Assembly (NCBI RefSeq): GCF_020745735.1
Contig: NC_083447.1
Coordinates: forward strand, 21,532,755-21,596,754
Length of the DNA: 64,000 nucleotides
Direction of reading: 5' to 3'
From: Hemiscyllium ocellatum
Taxonomy: Eukaryota
The translations under genes were made by a program, and so were the position numbers. Positions 50,955-62,045 of this stretch are shown piece after piece. The notes below the pieces were generated by a model, which did no database searches, was not told the origin of the DNA, and saw only the letters and a list, made by a program, of their open reading frames with translations. Each line of letters opens with the position of its first letter. Position 1 is the first letter of the stretch.

Positions 50955-51227
50955 GTAGGTATTTGGGTAAAACTCATTAAAATGTTCTGTGAGTTGCAAA
51001 GAATTTATACAGTTCCAGACTTTCAATTAAAAATATTCAATTGATAATTCCAGAAAAATCTAGACTGGGTTGCAACTGTAATGACAAATATCAAAGTAAA
51101 GACTCAATTAAAAGACTTAACAGTTTGGTAAGGCTTTGTGACTTACACCTTTGATTATCTGTATCTACACAATTGATGCATAAAGTATTCTTATGCTAAC
51201 GGCTTGTCTTTCTTTTTTTCTTTTCAG

Positions 51228-51248
51228 CAACCTGTGGTATTCGTAAAG
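51228..51248 (+). CDS. TRBC: C-beta exon 2 (hinge, ATCGIRK, interchain Cys)
   Basis: Long polypyrimidine tract + CAG, 21 nt, G|GTGAGT; CG motif as in the TRBC hinge. Confidence 0.92.
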
Positions 51249-52437
51249 GTGAGTCTCTGACTGTTTCTAACTGTGTCTGGACAACACACTAGAGAAAGGA
51301 GGGGAAGATTCTTTAAAAGATGCAAGGGAAATTTACCACAATAATTCTAGCAATGAGAGATTTCAGCTAATAAGTTAAAGGAGATGAGATTTTTCTCCTT
51401 GTAGGAGATTGTGGAGAGATTTGAAAGATTATTTCAGATTAGAGAAGGTAAATCAAGAAACTCTTTCTTTTCCCTGAGCTGATATCGGAAGAACTAGAGT
51501 AAGCTATGGGAAGTGAACTGTGTGGAAATTCATGATTCAGAACCATAGCAATGGCCTAGTAATGCAAAGGACCTTTGTGGGAGTAGCGATGAGCTATTAT
51601 TTCAAAAGGAAATTGAAATATTTGAAGGAAATAAATGATCCGAAAAGCAGACTGGAATTGATTAGTTTCTCTACAGTGAACACATATATATGTGTTGAAT
51701 GTCTCCTTTTGTGCCCTGAGATTTTAAATGATCATGGCATTTGTTTTGTTGATCTTGTTTAGTGGATGGGTATTGGCTTTGAAACTGCACAGAACTCAAT
51801 GCTGCTTCAAGATCTTGCATTTCAAATTGATGTTTGATCCCAATTTTTAACATGTCAACATAAAAGAGACTCATCCAAATAGCAGATCTCCCTCTTAGTA
51901 AGAGTAAGAGTGTAGGCCTCAATGATGAAGCTCACTTCTCTGGAGAAAGGGCATGAACATATTATCTCGTTACTCAGAGGAATGAACACAAATCACGATG
52001 ATTACTAATTTACACACTTCTGAGTTCCCAGTTCAGACATTGCTTTAAATTTTAGGGTGCAAAAGTTACTTTAATTCAAAGATGCCCAAAGAAAGTAGAA
52101 TGTTTAAAATTAGATATGACATTTTCGAACAGACATTTTCTGATCAACTTGCTTCAGAGATGCTGGTACTCAGCCCTGAAGTCAATGGGACTTGAACCCA
52201 GGCATCTTGGTTAAGCATTAGAGACACTGTGGCCCAGGAACCCCCACCTTGTTTGTATGAACTTAATATATTCAGGTAGGCCCTAGCGATAATTCTCGTG
52301 TCAAAGCTAGATCTTTTATGTTCTTGAAAATTGACACTAACAGTAGGCTTCTGAAGTTCAAGTGTGTTATACTTTTAAATATATATGTTGTTCACTTTGA
52401 GAGAATCTAAATGTTGTTCACTATGATCATTTCACAG

Positions 52438-52544
52438 AAGAAAGAATCCAAAGCATGGGAACAGCAAAATTGACGTACTTGATCCTGTTCTGCAAAAGCA
52501 TCTTGTATGCAGTGTTCGTGTCATTTCTTGCTTGGAAAACTAAG
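52438..52544 (+). CDS. TRBC: C-beta exon 3 (connecting peptide + TM)
   Basis: 107 nt; LTYLILFCKSILYAVFVSFLAWKTK with the CART Tyr/Lys/Tyr pattern; AAG|GTTGGA phase-0 donor. Confidence 0.95.
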
Positions 52545-53699
52545 GTTGGATTGGACTGTCTTGTGATCTTTGAAATATGTATGATAGATGTAAACTGTGC
52601 ATTTGAAATAAGAATGAAAAAATGCATTCTACCCAGAGAATGGTGGTGTCTGAAATATACTGTTTATAAGGGAAATGGAAATGGATAACCTCACAATGTT
52701 TAAAAAATGCTTGAATGAGCACTTGCAATATTACTAGACTGAGGGGCGAGTGCTGGAAAGTGGGACTTATGTAGATTTAGTGTATCTTTGGCAGTACAGA
52801 TTTGATAGGCTGAAGAGCCTCTTCTATACTGTATGATTCTATGATGTTTGCTAAACAGGTCTTTTTTTTGATTCATGTGATGTGGGTATTATTGAAAAGG
52901 ATATTTATTGTGCAATCCCATTGCCTTGAACAAGCTGGTGGTGAGCTGCCTTTTTGAAATGCTGCAGTTCTTGTTTCTCCCTGATACCCAATGATTCAGT
53001 TTTGCCAATGCTTAATATTGCTATCTTCAGTCAATTGTTGCCTTAATGTCAAGGGCTGTCACTCTCATCTCACATGCAGATTCACCAGTTTACATTTGTA
53101 TTTTATCCCATGCTATGGACTTTTCCAAATAAAATTCTATTCCACATTCATTCTAACTGCTCCTGATATCTCTGAAGTTATTGTGGAAACTCACCTACTC
53201 ATTATTAGAATTATGAAAAAATAATAACAGAGAAAGAGATCATTTGGTCCATCTTGTCCTATCCAATGCGCATACACTACACTAACCTGCTTCGATTCCA
53301 TTTAATCTAAACTTTCTAGTAACTTGATCCTCTTGCATTTGTCTACCTTTCAAATAAAGATATCTATGCTATCACCTCAGCAACTCTTCACAATTGCAGA
53401 TGAAAATGAAAAGCAGAAACAGAATTTATTTTGACCTATCAACCTCATTTTTCCATTTAATTCAATAAATGGTTAATTCTGCCCAATCCTTAAATCTTTC
53501 ATTCTGTTAATCCCTGCTTTAATTTAATCTGTTGGGGTACATGCTCAGTCACCTTGTGAGAGTTGCATTTGTTTTTGAGGTTAGCTCACATTCTTCTAAA
53601 TTCCATGGAATATAATGCTTTTCTACTAATTCTCTCACCTTTGGCCCATCCTTTCATCTTGGGACACAATTATTTTGCATGCCTTTCTAAGTCAGGTTT

Positions 53700-54080
53700 A
53701 TCCTTGAATTTGAATACTGATCAGGGAGGAAGTAAACAGGTAGGTATTGCACCTTCTGCATTTGCAGGGGAAGGTGCTGTGGGGGGCATTTGGAGTGAGG
53801 GATGAGTGGACCAGGATGTCCTGAAAGGTTGAAGGCTGAAAAGAGAGGGGAGGGGAATATGTGTTAGGTGGTGGCATCCAACAGGAGATTCTGGAAATGG
53901 CAGCTAATGATCCTCTGGATGTGGATGCTGGTGCGATGGTAGGTAAGGCAAGGAGGACCTATTGCTGTTGTGTGATAAAAGAGAGGAGGTGAGAGCTGAT
54001 ATCCGAGAGATAGGTCCGACCCGGCTAAGGGCTCTGTTAACTATAGCACGAGTGAATGCTTGGTTGGAGGGTTTTTTTTT
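53700..54080 (-). mobile_element. Penelope-like fragment in the last C-beta intron
   Basis: Reverse-complement resemblance to the GIY-YIG region at 13415-13760. Confidence 0.55.
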
Positions 54081-54082
54081 AA

Positions 54083-54370
54083 AGATCAGATTACTTACAG
54101 TGTGGAAACAGGCCCTTCGGCCCAACAAGTCCACACCAACCCGCCAAAGCGCAACCCACCCAGACCCATTCCCCTACACCTAATTTAGCATGGCCAATTC
54201 ACCTAACCTGCATATGTTTCTTTTGGGAGGAAACCGGAACACCTGAAGGAAACCCATGCAGGCACAGGGAGAATGTGCAAACTCCACACAGAGATTTGCC
54301 TGACACAGGAATTGAACCTGGGTCTCAGGTGCTGTGAGGCAGCAGTGCTAACCACTGTGCCACCATGCCG
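54083..54370 (-). mobile_element. HE1-like SINE in the last C-beta intron
   Basis: Full head-body-tail copy. Confidence 0.85.
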
Positions 54371-54788
54371 TACCAAGTGCTTTGCGCAACTTCATGGTAT
54401 AGTTTGTCTTCCACCTTCTTGGCCAATCTCCTAACCTACATAAAACCTTGTCTCCCAAAATGCATTCCCCTCAAAGATGACCAAGATTTGCATTAGCAGG
54501 CAGCAGTGAGAATATGAGAGATATTTTACTATTGGAGAAGTGTTATGATTAGACAGCACTGCTTAAAAGGAAGGTTAATAGAAGGAGATTCAGTTATAAT
54601 TTTCCAATGAGAGCAGAAGAACTCCTTTGAGCAGGGACAGAACTTGGAAAGTGGGGAATGAACAGGATAACAGGATAGCTCATTCAAAGTACTAGAAGGG
54701 ATACAACGGGCAAGATATCTTCATTAAATATTCTGTCATTATATGATCCTCCTGATGGTAATACGTCTGTTTTCTTATTTGGCAATAG

Positions 54789-54815
54789 ATCTCTTCCAGC
54801 AAGCGGTTTGACTGA
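54789..54815 (+). CDS. TRBC: C-beta exon 4 (cytoplasmic tail ISSSKRFD*)
   Basis: T-rich tract + aatag acceptor in phase 0, short basic tail, TGA, downstream polyA signals. Confidence 0.85.
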   Translation: MSSSKRFD

Positions 54816-54836
54816 TCATCATAAAGCACCGAACTT

Positions 54837-55000
54837 AATAAATGGATAATAGCCGAACACATGAAAGAGGGAGAAGAGACAAAGCAAGTGAATTGTGAAT
54901 ATCGATGGTTAACTTTATCCAGTCCATTCCTGCTGCAATCCTGAAACTTTGATCTTTTCCCGGACTCTCCAACAGTGTTGCTTGAGACTATCAAATTAAA
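54837..55000 (+). terminator. Candidate polyadenylation signals (AATAAA 54837-54842; ATTAAA 54995-55000)
   Basis: Hexamers downstream of the C-beta stop; which one is used is unknown. Confidence 0.5.
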
Positions 55001-55889
55001 TTTATGCCTTGACTTGCCTTTTCAACAGAAATAATTATTTCATAGTCTAATTTCTTTAAGTGTCTGTGCTTTGAATAGATTAAATTTTAAGGGTGCACCA
55101 TTCCCATTCCAGTCTGTCATTCATTATCAAACGCTAGCCATTTAAAAAAAAAGACCTTTAAGTAGAATTAGGGAGATTAAAATGCAAGAGGAGGATATTC
55201 AATGAATCATGCATGTGCCTGTTCTTTCAATGTCAACCATGAGTTCCAATAATTACAAGGCCAACAGTATCAGTTTCTCTAATCCATCCATGCAAGTGAA
55301 TTTCTGCATGCGAAATTGCATTTTCATAAAGCAATGCATATTATGAAGTAGTGTAATGCCTTTTGCAACTGTCAATGCTAATCACCTCATAGATTGCAAT
55401 GAAAACGGAAATTAGAATCATGCATCATTTGTAACAGTGTTCAGTAGGTAAAGTATAGTCAAGTAATGTGTAATTTTGTACATATTGCTGTTTGTTAATT
55501 GTTTAAGAAATAAAAAGAACATTTTAAAAAAAATAATTGAACTTCTCTTCATTATTATTTGAATTTTGTCCCACGTCCTCTGCATTACAATTCCTAGGTA
55601 TCTTACAATATGTATTTTGTTGAATGCTGTCGATGAAAGTATCAAAGGATAACACATGGAAAATGATGTACAGGGAAGTTACCTTCATTATCCTTCAAAA
55701 GGAAGAGATGGAATGGTGGCGTTATCATTAGAATATTAATCTAGGGACCCAGATAATTTTCTGGAAACCTGGGTTGTAAGTCTACTATGGCAGAAGGAGA
55801 ATTCTTTAAAAAAAGGTCTAAAATTGGGAGTCTAATGACAACTGTGATAAGCAGTTTGATAGCTTGAAAAGCAATGATGGAATGCTTAG

Positions 55890-57440
55890 AGTCAGCACAA
55901 TTATGAATGGAAAATCATGTTTGACATATTATTTCGTTTTTGTGAGGATAATTAATAGAGTTGAAAAGGGTGAGCAAGAGCTTGAGGTCCACAAAACTTC
56001 CCACATAAGATATTAGATTTACATTAGTGTGGAAAATTAGGGCATATATGGGATTGGGGATAGCGTGCTGACCTAGATTTAAAAACTGATTGACAGACAG
56101 GAGTAGAAATAAACAGATCTTTTCCAGAGTGACAGGCACTGACTAGCAGAGTTTCTTAGTGAACAGTGCTCAACCCCAGCTATTTGCAATATATACTAAT
56201 AATTTAGATAAGAAACTAAAAAGATTGCAGACAGAGCCAAACTTGGTGGAGGATGTACTATAATGAGGAGGCAGAGATGTTTCAGTGCGATTTTGATAAG
56301 TTGAGTGAATGGGCAAATGCAGTGTGCTTGAAGTATAATGTGAATAAGTGTGAGGTTATCCACTTTGGCAGCAAAAATAAAAATTATAAAAATAACAATA
56401 AGATTATTACCCAAAGAATGACAGATTAGGGTGGTATAGGAAGGATAATATTAAACTGGAAATCATTCAGAAAAGATTTGCCAGGATGTTGCTGGGAATG
56501 GAGGGATTGAATTAGAAGGACACCCTGGATAGGCTGGGGCATTTTTCACTAGAGCATAGGACGTTGAGAGATGACCTGATAGAGGTTTATAAAATCATGA
56601 GGGGCATATATAAGGTGAATAAAAACCTCGGGTGGGTGAGTTCAAAACTAGGGGGCATGCTTTTAAGGTAAGAAGAGAAAGACTTGAAAGGGACCTGAGC
56701 GACACTTCTTGACACAGAGTGTGTCAAAGGTAGAATGAACTGCCAGTTGAAGTGCTAGATGCGGTTAAGTTACAACATTTAAAGACATTTGGGTATGTAC
56801 ATGAATAGGAAAGGTTTAGGGATATGGGCCAAATGCAAGCAAGTAAAACTAGTTTGGTTTTGGAAACTTGATAGGCATATATGAGTTGGACTAAAGAGTT
56901 TCTTTCTTTGCAGTATGATTCTATGACTCTAGGTGCAATGATAACTAGATAACCTTGTACACCAGTCACTGAAAGTAAGCTTGCAGGTGCCAGCAGGCAT
57001 ATGAAGAAAGCAAATATATATTGGCCATTATAGCAAGAGGATTTGAGTACAAGTGCAAGATGCCTTACTACAACTTTACAGGTAAAAAATATATCAGAGG
57101 TCTTAGTTGCAGTTTTGGACTCCTTATTTAAAGTAGGGTGTTCTAGCTATGGAGTGATTGTCCTAAAGGTTTAGTAGACTCATTCTATGGTTGGCAGGAT
57201 TGGTGTATGAAGATGGAGTGGATCGATTATGACTATATGTAGTTGAGTTTTGAAGAATGATGGGGGCATCTCATAAATAAAACTATAAAATTCTGGCAGG
57301 ACTAAAGTGGGTAAAACAGGAAGGAAGTTCCCAATTACTGGGAAGTACAGAACCAGGACTCACATTCTTAGGATGTAGGGTAGGCCACTGAGATGAGGAG
57401 AAACATCTTAACCCAGAGAGTGGGAAACCTATGACAGTGT
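55890..57440 (+). mobile_element. Stacked degenerate CR1 fragments
   Basis: RT and 3' remnants of at least two copies. Confidence 0.7.
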
Positions 57441-57553
57441 TAGGGGCTAGTGTTAGAGTTCACCTATGGAATTCTTTTCCAGAGAAAGCAGTTGAGGTTA
57501 AAAGTTTCTGAATGAGTCTCATTATCCTTTTTTTTAATTTCCATCCAATTCTT

Positions 57554-57691
57554 NNNNNNNNNNNNNNNNNNNNNNNNNNNNNNNNNNNNNNNNNNNNNNN
57601 NNNNNNNNNNNNNNNNNNNNNNNNNNNNNNNNNNNNNNNNNNNNNNNNNNNNNNNNNNNNNNNNNNNNNNNNNNNNNNNNNNNNNNNNNNN
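57554..57691. other. Assembly gap (138 N)
   Basis: Run of N. Confidence 1.
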
Positions 57692-58154
57692 ACTATCCCT
57701 CATTGCATGCCAATGTCTCTTACTTTTTCTGTTTCTCTCTCTGCCCACTGTCCCCACACTCTCTCGCATGAATTCAATTGTGTTCCTAATCATGTACCTT
57801 CTCCTTTCCAATACTATTCCCTCATTGCCTTCTTACCCACCAAAAACCCACCTTTCCCAGCTCCCCCAGTCACTCTGAATATTTTCTTCAAGCGAAATGC
57901 AAAGTGCAACAAATGTCTTTTGACAGTGGAAGAAGGAAGAGTGAAGAGAAAGCTTATTGGCATTTTATAAAAATAGTAATTTTGCTTTTGGGAAAGCTAT
58001 AAACTAAGTACAAAATTTGATAAGGCAACCATGTCTTTTGACTTTAAAGATGATGTCAAGGAAAACACATTGCTGAAAAATATTGCTTCAAAACAATATT
58101 TGAATTGCAAATGGAAAGAAAAACAAGCTGAAGTGTAGTGAAACATATGTTGAA

Positions 58155-58320
58155 CGGAAGTTGTGGGATCTGAGTTTTCAATTGGCGTGGTACAGCTTTC
58201 TGCTTGAGAGGTTTCAAATGTAGGTCATTGCATACAAGTTTCTCTCTGTGGTTTAACGGAATGGGCTAGCTACAGTCAAGCTGCTCTCTGTTTGGAGGTG
58301 CACTGACTGAGATAGTGCTG
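58155..58320. promoter_or_regulatory. Candidate T-cell enhancer module (ETS-RUNX-like, RUNX, GATA)
   Basis: CGGAAGTTGTGGG at 58155, TGTGGTTT at 58247-58254 and GAGATAG near 58310. Confidence 0.35.
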
Positions 58321-58399
58321 TCTCTTCTCTTTTTGAGTGATAAGAATCATGAATGCCTACCACCTGCCACCTCCATGGAAAAAACTAGGTAAAAACAAT

Positions 58400-58532
58400 G
58401 ACTGCAGATGCTGGAAACCAGATTTTGGATTAGTGGTGCCCTGATGAAGGGCTTTTGCCTGAAACATCAATTTTGTTGCTCCTCGGATGCTGCCTGAACT
58501 GCTGTGCTCTTCCAGCACCACTAATCCAAAAC
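58400..58532 (+). mobile_element. Penelope 3' relic with hammerhead-like core, flanked by a 16-bp inverted repeat
   Basis: CTGATGAAGGGCTTTTGCCTGAAACATC at 58441-58468; TTTTGGATTAGTGGTG / CACCACTAATCCAAAA. Confidence 0.7.
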
Positions 58533-61216
58533 CTCCATGGAAAGCAATGCAGCTGCTGGGGATGCTATGAAGTCATTGACACATTTCTTCAGCTAAATAT
58601 CCACAGTTACCATTTTTTTATTACAAACATGCTTCTTATTTTCACTTCTTTTTTCCCATATAATCAGTTTTTCCATCCATTCTGGTTTTCATAACTGTAC
58701 TGATTGATTCTTTTGTTCCTTTTTTAAATTTCTTTTGCAAAATTACATTTGCCCCTTCTGCCTTACTTTGCTTCTATCAACTCTTCGCCCATTATTTTCT
58801 ATCCTACTCTTTCTCTTTAATTTTTATCTATTTTTTCTTCTCTGGTTGTTTGCCTTTCTGACAGCTTTCCTTTCATGTCTTCAGTCCATTACATTTCCTC
58901 CCATGGCCTCCTTTTCCCACTTTTCTCATTGATTCATTTTTTTGTTCCTTTGCATTTAAATCATTTCAAACTGGCATTCCTCCTCACTTCTTTTCTCACC
59001 ATAGCCTCATATTTGTTTCTTCACTTCCATCTTATCAAAAAAAACCTCATCATTGCCTTTATTTTCACCTTGCTTTCATTCTCCCATCTCATCTTTGTTA
59101 TTGAATCTCAGGATGAACGCACATTTGAAATAATGGTTTCTATTGCTCCTCAAGCATCACATTATGACCCTGTCATCTCAAATTTGCTGTGAATAAGAGA
59201 GAAAGAAAATGAGACACTGAGAATGGGAGGAAACAATAGAAAGATGGGACAGAGAGAAAGAGAAAGAAGACAACAAGAGTTAGGAAACTAGGTAGATAGA
59301 GTGATCAGTTAGCAGACAAATAGACACATGGGTAAATCAGGAGAAAGATAGAGGGGATAAGTAGATAAAGTTTGGGACTGAAACTTGCAATGCAATAATA
59401 GGAAATACAGGCTGTCTGCAAAAGAGCAACGATTTAACAATGAATTACAATATCAGGGTATGGAAATGCAAACATCTATAGATCTATTCAATTAGTAGTA
59501 AGTCCTGAATACATATTAGGGTTTTCATCTGGTACTGGTTTATCATCAATGTATTTTATTTGCTTTATGTAAACAAATCTGTCCAACTCTGTGAAAAAAA
59601 ACATAAATTTTGACTGTTATTCTGATGCTGCCTGAGAGGATAATATTTTGTGCTGAGTTTTGATGTTTATGCAAAGGATTAGTTTGCCATCTGTGTCACA
59701 TGATCATGGTTTTTCCATTAATTCTTGATTTAAGTTTCATATAGAGACTGTAGAAACAGCTGTTCAGTTATTCAGAGCAAATAAATCTACAGTGAAATTC
59801 CCTATCTGGTACAAATGTAAGGCGCAGGGGTTAGGTGGCAAGGAAATATCATTTATCTGCCATGATGAGAAACCTGAAGTTCTGATCAGAGTGTAGAAAA
59901 CTTAGCTGTCTTTTATCAAAGGTACTGGGATGATGGGAATATCACATCGTGTTTACTCAGCTTTCGGCTCTACACATTAGGGAAGTCTCCAGTGCCTTAG
60001 CAATGATATAGAAGGCATTTGCAAGAATGGTACCAGCATGGATGGACTTCCAGTTACTGGATGGATTAGAAAAGCAGTGATTATTTGGTGAGAGTGGCAA
60101 TGTTAAGGAGTTAAGATGGAGGAATGTGAGAGAGCTACTGAACATAAGAGTGGACTTGATAGCGAGACTAGAGAGAAGCTGCTTCCTTGGAAGTGAGGTC
60201 AGTCAAAAGATGACACAGATTTCAGACAAAGGAGCTGGAGGCACCTTTTTGTGAAAGGGTTTTTGAAATTGAAAAATAAGTTTGAAAATTTAATTTGACA
60301 TGTATATGCTGAGCACAGAGCAATTTGCAAGTTGAATAGATCTCTCTTAGGATGGACTTCATTCTGTGCTGTATCATTTGGTGACTGTAGTTGTGAATTT
60401 TGGAAATTACAAATGAGAGAAGCATGAGCAAATGCTTGCCAGAAATTCTATTATTATGGCTGTACTAACTGTGATATTGGCATTAATGAGCAATCACATG
60501 AAGTGATACATACTGTGCACAAGTACATATCAAGTTAATTTCTTTACTGTGTTGTTGGGTTACCAAGCTGTCACCCAATTGCCCTAGTATGCGATCACAG
60601 GACCATTCAGTCCTTTGAGCATCTACTGCCACTTGAGAGCATCATAGCGTGATTCCAACTAAGTTCAAACCGGCAAGCATTGTCATTAAAATATTTAAAA
60701 TATTTTCAAATTACTGTGCAGCCTCAAGAATGTACTGGGCAAGTCAAATTCCACTGCTGTTTGTGTGAAGAAGTAGATCATAACATCATCTGGGATAACC
60801 CTATCACAGTTTAATGATGTTTGGTTTTATTCTATAAGCCACCCTGAAAAATTAATTGTTTTCTGTTTAACTTCCAAATCATCTGATCAATATGAAGTCT
60901 TATCATCTCAAAGAAATGTAATGCCACAAAAGAAAGCATTAGGAAAATACTTGGCTGAGCTCCTGACCATATGATTCTAAATACTCTCTTACAGAAGAGA
61001 AAACACACCCAGCCTCTTAATGTGACAGAATTGTTACAACACAGAAGTAGATCATTCTGCCCCTGAGTCAATGCCGGCTGTATATAGGAATAATTCAGCA
61101 AGTCCCAGTTTTCTATCTACCCATCATTTCAATTAGTTAGCTTGAACACCTGCAAATCTGTCTGTACTCTTCAGTTTTAATGCTCATCTGGAAACGTTTA
61201 ATAAAATGCAGCAACA

Positions 61217-61400
61217 TTATCAACTTACACAGAAAGCAAAAACAGAATGCAAACATGCAGGATGTGTGGTTATCACAGAACAGCTGCAATGTTTTAAATA
61301 GGTCAACAGGTGCAAAATGTGCAGAACTACAGCCTGGTGTGTGAGTTTAACAATAAGTGAGTTAGAACATCAAACGCTGATTACAGAAGCAAACCCACAG
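61217..61400. promoter_or_regulatory. Candidate E-beta enhancer
   Basis: CAGGATG-TGTGGTT-ATCA (ETS/RUNX/GATA) at 61258-61275, CAGCTG at 61281, CAGGTG at 61307, GATA at 61217, RUNX-like site at ~61391; no repeat recognised here. Confidence 0.55.
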
Positions 61401-61511
61401 CCATTGTGTTTTTCCACCGGCGAGAATGAGGCAGAACATTACCTTAAAGGGTAAGTTAGCAGAGTAATCATTTGACTAAGCTAGTAATCTAAACGTGTGA
61501 GCTAATAATAG

Positions 61512-62045
61512 TCATAGAGCCATAGAGATGTACAGCACGAAACAGACCCTTCGGTCCAACTTGTCCATGCCGACCAGATATCCCAACCCAATTTAGTCCC
61601 ACCTGCCAGCACCAGGCCCATATCTTTCTAAACCTTTCCTATTCATATACCCATCCAGATGCCTTTTAAATGTTGCAATTGTAACAGCCTCCACCACTTC
61701 CTCGGGTAGCTCATTCCATACATGTACCACACTCTGAGTGAAAAAGTTTCCTTCAGTCTCTTTTATATTTTTCCCCTCTCACCCTAAACCTATGCCCTCT
61801 CGTTCTTGACTCCCCCACCCCAGGGAAGACACATTGTCTATTTATCATATCCATGCCACTCATGATTTTATAAACCTCTATGAGGTTGCCCCAGCTTATT
61901 CAACCTCTCCCTGTAGGTCAAATCCTTCAACCCTGGCAACATCCTTATAAATCTTTTCTGAACCCTTTCAAGTTTTACAACATCTTTCTAATAGGATGGA
62001 GATCAGGATTGCACACAGTATTCCAAAAGTGGCCTAACCAATCTT
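61512..62045 (-). mobile_element. CR1 LINE 3' end
   Basis: CR1 tail and RT C-terminus on the minus strand. Confidence 0.8.

Noticed and set aside
50955-50980. C exon 1 read-through (GRYLGKTH*) as a secreted isoform
   Set aside because: Ordinary intron sequence after a good donor; no evidence of retention.
58600-59370. Phe/Leu-rich ORFs and a pyrimidine-rich then purine-rich tract
   Set aside because: Low-complexity composition explains the ORFs; no true inverted repeat or splice structure found.
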